From: Octopus bimaculoides
Taxonomy: Eukaryota
Length of the DNA: 39,876 nt
Direction of reading: 5' to 3'
NCBI RefSeq assembly: GCF_001194135.2
Contig: NC_068981.1
Coordinates: 39,176,824-39,216,699, forward strand
Positions 37,384 to 39,876 of this stretch are shown piece by piece. The notes beneath the pieces were generated by a model. That model made no database searches, was not told the origin of the DNA, and worked only from the letters and a program-made list of their open reading frames with translations. The position numbers and the translations under genes were made by a program. Position 1 is the first letter of the stretch; each line of letters opens with the position of its first letter.

Positions 37384-37915
37384 AATTTTCCCTATACCTA
37401 CCTATCTCTAAGTTTGAGGGGAATTCATTGTTTGGGCTAAATAGCATATAAATTCCTTCTAAGTTCATCACTTGTGTGGAATCTGTTGATCCCATAGTAA
37501 TATCAAATATCTCTGGTCTCTCCTTTCTAACCCAATACGATTTTCTAGCTGCTAAAATAACACCTATTCATTCCTTCTTCTGAAGTTCTTTAGTTATAGA
37601 GTGTAGTTTCTGAAGGTGTTTATTCCTTCTTTGGGAGAATCCCTTGAATTTGATGTTCTTAACTATATTCCATAGTTCATCTTCGAAAGCAGCTACGTGT
37701 TTGTTTGGTGGTGGAATTTCCTAGTTTTGAAGATTTTCTGTAACTGTTCATCTCTTTCCTTGTTGCTGAAATCTGCTTATTTTTGGTCATGGAAGTACGC
37801 ATGCCATCTCAATCTGTATATGAATGACTTGGTTTTGCTGATAAATACTTTGATATTCCTTCTTTAATGGTAGTGAAATATCCTTGGGGGATGTTTCGAT
37901 GTTAATTAACTCCAT
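37384..37915 (-). pseudogene. Penelope-like element ORF remnant: N-terminus fused to RT motifs (internal deletion)
   Basis: From ATG 37915, with frameshifts: KDISLPLKKEY / VFISKTKSFIYRLRWHAYFH / PPPNKHVAAFEDELWNIVKNIKF. Then in frame ARKSYWVRKERPEIFDITMGSTDSTQVMNLEGIYMLF...IGRYREN*, resembling the PLE RT FDVTMGS.DGAE..ELVG.Y.L...IGLYRDD motif with a degenerate catalytic DD. Confidence 0.8.
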
Positions 37916-38176
37916 CCTCAGGTACCCCGCCTTATTCACTCGTTGCAGTACTAGGGTTATTTCAAAATGAGTTTAAAGAGCTATATTATCCTGATGGTAA
38001 CCGTGTTTACTCTCAAGCAGGTTTCAGATACTGGCCAACCACAACTGTTCTAATGTGGTACCCTAGTTAACAATAAGTTGTTAGGCTCTGGTAACTTTTT
38101 CACTGGGTAAATCCGAGTTTCCTGTACAGGACTGCTTATGTTTTAAGATTAAGTGATAGTATTAATAATGATAATG

Positions 38177-38214
<38 letters not shown>

Positions 38215-38227
38215 ACATATGTATATA

Positions 38228-38406
38228 TGTATGTTGGCGATTTTTTCTGTCTTCCCTTGTTTGGACTCTTCCTATATTTCTGACGAAGATCTCCGATCGA
38301 AACGTTAAATCCTCCTTCTTTTCTTTCCTTTCCTCAGCGTCCAATAACACTCTACTTATTCCACGTCCTCGCGTTGCTTTTCGTGTTTTTTTGTGTGTTT
38401 TTTTCT
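38228..38406 (+). mobile_element. Short PLE terminal-repeat (pLTR)-like unit carrying a hammerhead motif
   Basis: Contains tttCTGACGAaGATCtccGATCGAAACGTTaaa followed by a pyrimidine-rich tail. It sits next to (CA)n and upstream of, and inverted to, the PLE ORF remnant; it runs into the N-gap. Confidence 0.6.
38276..38310 (+). ncRNA. Minimal type I hammerhead ribozyme motif
   Basis: Stem I ATTT/AAAT; CTGACGA core at 38280-86; one extra A; stem II GATC-TCC-GATC; GAAA at 38299-38302; self-complementary AACGTT in place of stem III. Confidence 0.65.
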
Positions 38407-39071
38407 NNNNNNNNNNNNNNNNNNNNNNNNNNNNNNNNNNNNNNNNNNNNNNNNNNNNNNNNNNNNNNNNNNNNNNNNNNNNNNNNNNNNNNNNNNNNNN
38501 NNNNNNNNNNNNNNNNNNNNNNNNNNNNNNNNNNNNNNNNNNNNNNNNNNNNNNNNNNNNNNNNNNNNNNNNNNNNNNNNNNNNNNNNNNNNNNNNNNNN
38601 NNNNNNNNNNNNNNNNNNNNNNNNNNNNNNNNNNNNNNNNNNNNNNNNNNNNNNNNNNNNNNNNNNNNNNNNNNNNNNNNNNNNNNNNNNNNNNNNNNNN
38701 NNNNNNNNNNNNNNNNNNNNNNNNNNNNNNNNNNNNNNNNNNNNNNNNNNNNNNNNNNNNNNNNNNNNNNNNNNNNNNNNNNNNNNNNNNNNNNNNNNNN
38801 NNNNNNNNNNNNNNNNNNNNNNNNNNNNNNNNNNNNNNNNNNNNNNNNNNNNNNNNNNNNNNNNNNNNNNNNNNNNNNNNNNNNNNNNNNNNNNNNNNNN
38901 NNNNNNNNNNNNNNNNNNNNNNNNNNNNNNNNNNNNNNNNNNNNNNNNNNNNNNNNNNNNNNNNNNNNNNNNNNNNNNNNNNNNNNNNNNNNNNNNNNNN
39001 NNNNNNNNNNNNNNNNNNNNNNNNNNNNNNNNNNNNNNNNNNNNNNNNNNNNNNNNNNNNNNNNNNNNNNN
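38407..39071. other. Assembly gap (N)
   Basis: Run of N. Confidence 1.

Positions 39072-39137
<66 letters not shown>
39072..39137. repeat. (TCTA)n(TA)n microsatellite at gap edge
   Basis: Directly visible. Confidence 0.9.
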
Positions 39138-39145
<8 letters not shown>

Positions 39146-39725
39146 GAAATGAGTTGCAATATCACTGGTGCCCAAGGTGTATTTGCCTTTGCTGCCCTTC
39201 CCATGGATAACATCAGTGGTGTGGAGAAGAGAAACTGGTATGCATGGAGGAATGCTGATCTTCCATAAACAATCTTACCTGGACTTGTGCTTCTGGAGGG
39301 TAACTTTCTAGGTGCAATCCTATGGTCATTCATGACCGAAGAGATTCTTTACCATATATATGTGTGTGTGTGTGTGTTTGTGCATGTATGTGTGTATGTG
39401 CGTGTGTGTGTTTCTTTTTCTTCTTTTATACAGACATACACACACACATATATAAAATTGCTTAGTAGCACAACACCACTTTTGTTTTAGTTGCAGTGCA
39501 AGTTAAGAGTTTTATTGGTAAACCACCCCAAGCATTTATTGTGTATACCTATTATATTATATTATATTATCAGATACAATTTTTTATGTATAATATCAAT
39601 ATAAGTATACACATAAACATGCATGTATATAAATGCTTACTTATATATATATATATAAATATGAATACATGTGAAATTTTACTAGAAAAAGTTGAGAGAC
39701 GCTTCAAAGTTTTGGATTACCTGTA

Positions 39726-39763
39726 GTCTGACGCCAGTGAACAAACTGAAACTTCGAAGTCAC
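39726..39763 (+). ncRNA. Degenerate minimal hammerhead-like motif
   Basis: GT-CTGACGC (A9 changed to C)-C-AGT gaacaa ACT-GAAA, perfect palindrome ACTTCGAAGT, then C (GUC triplet) and AC closing stem I. Confidence 0.45.
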
Positions 39764-39820
39764 CCTTTACACATATATGTACGTGTGTATGTGTATATGT
39801 GTGTGCATGTATACATATGC

Positions 39821-39876
<56 letters not shown>

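Noticed and set aside
38374-39268. Long 251-291 aa ORFs
   Set aside because: They consist almost entirely of N-gap (X) and microsatellite.

Overview
AT-rich, microsatellite-dense eukaryotic (metazoan) genomic DNA with three N-gaps. The repeat families look like those I associate with coleoid cephalopod (octopus-like) genomes; this is an inference, not a database result. There are no prokaryotic features, no rRNA/tRNA genes and no CRISPR array, and most ORF-track entries are microsatellite or chance ORFs. The window is mostly intron/intergenic DNA filled with mobile-element debris: many 5'-truncated RTE-clade LINE 3' ends with (GAT)n tails, tRNA-derived SINE fragments, one full-length but dead Tc1/mariner DD37D-type transposon with TIRs and TA duplication, and two Penelope-like element (PLE) remnants (a GIY-YIG C-terminus and an internally deleted RT ORF). 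A few short minus-strand segments have splice signals and compatible phases, suggesting the 3' end of an unidentified host gene ending ...QYHCTDFPF* at 14948. The most interesting signal is a set of hammerhead-ribozyme motifs. A near-canonical type I hammerhead with a long stem II lies just downstream of the PLE endonuclease (24236-24298). A minimal one with an intact catalytic core is at 38276-38310, a degenerate one with a palindromic stem III at 39726-39763, and three copies of a short repeat carry a CUGU-core variant.
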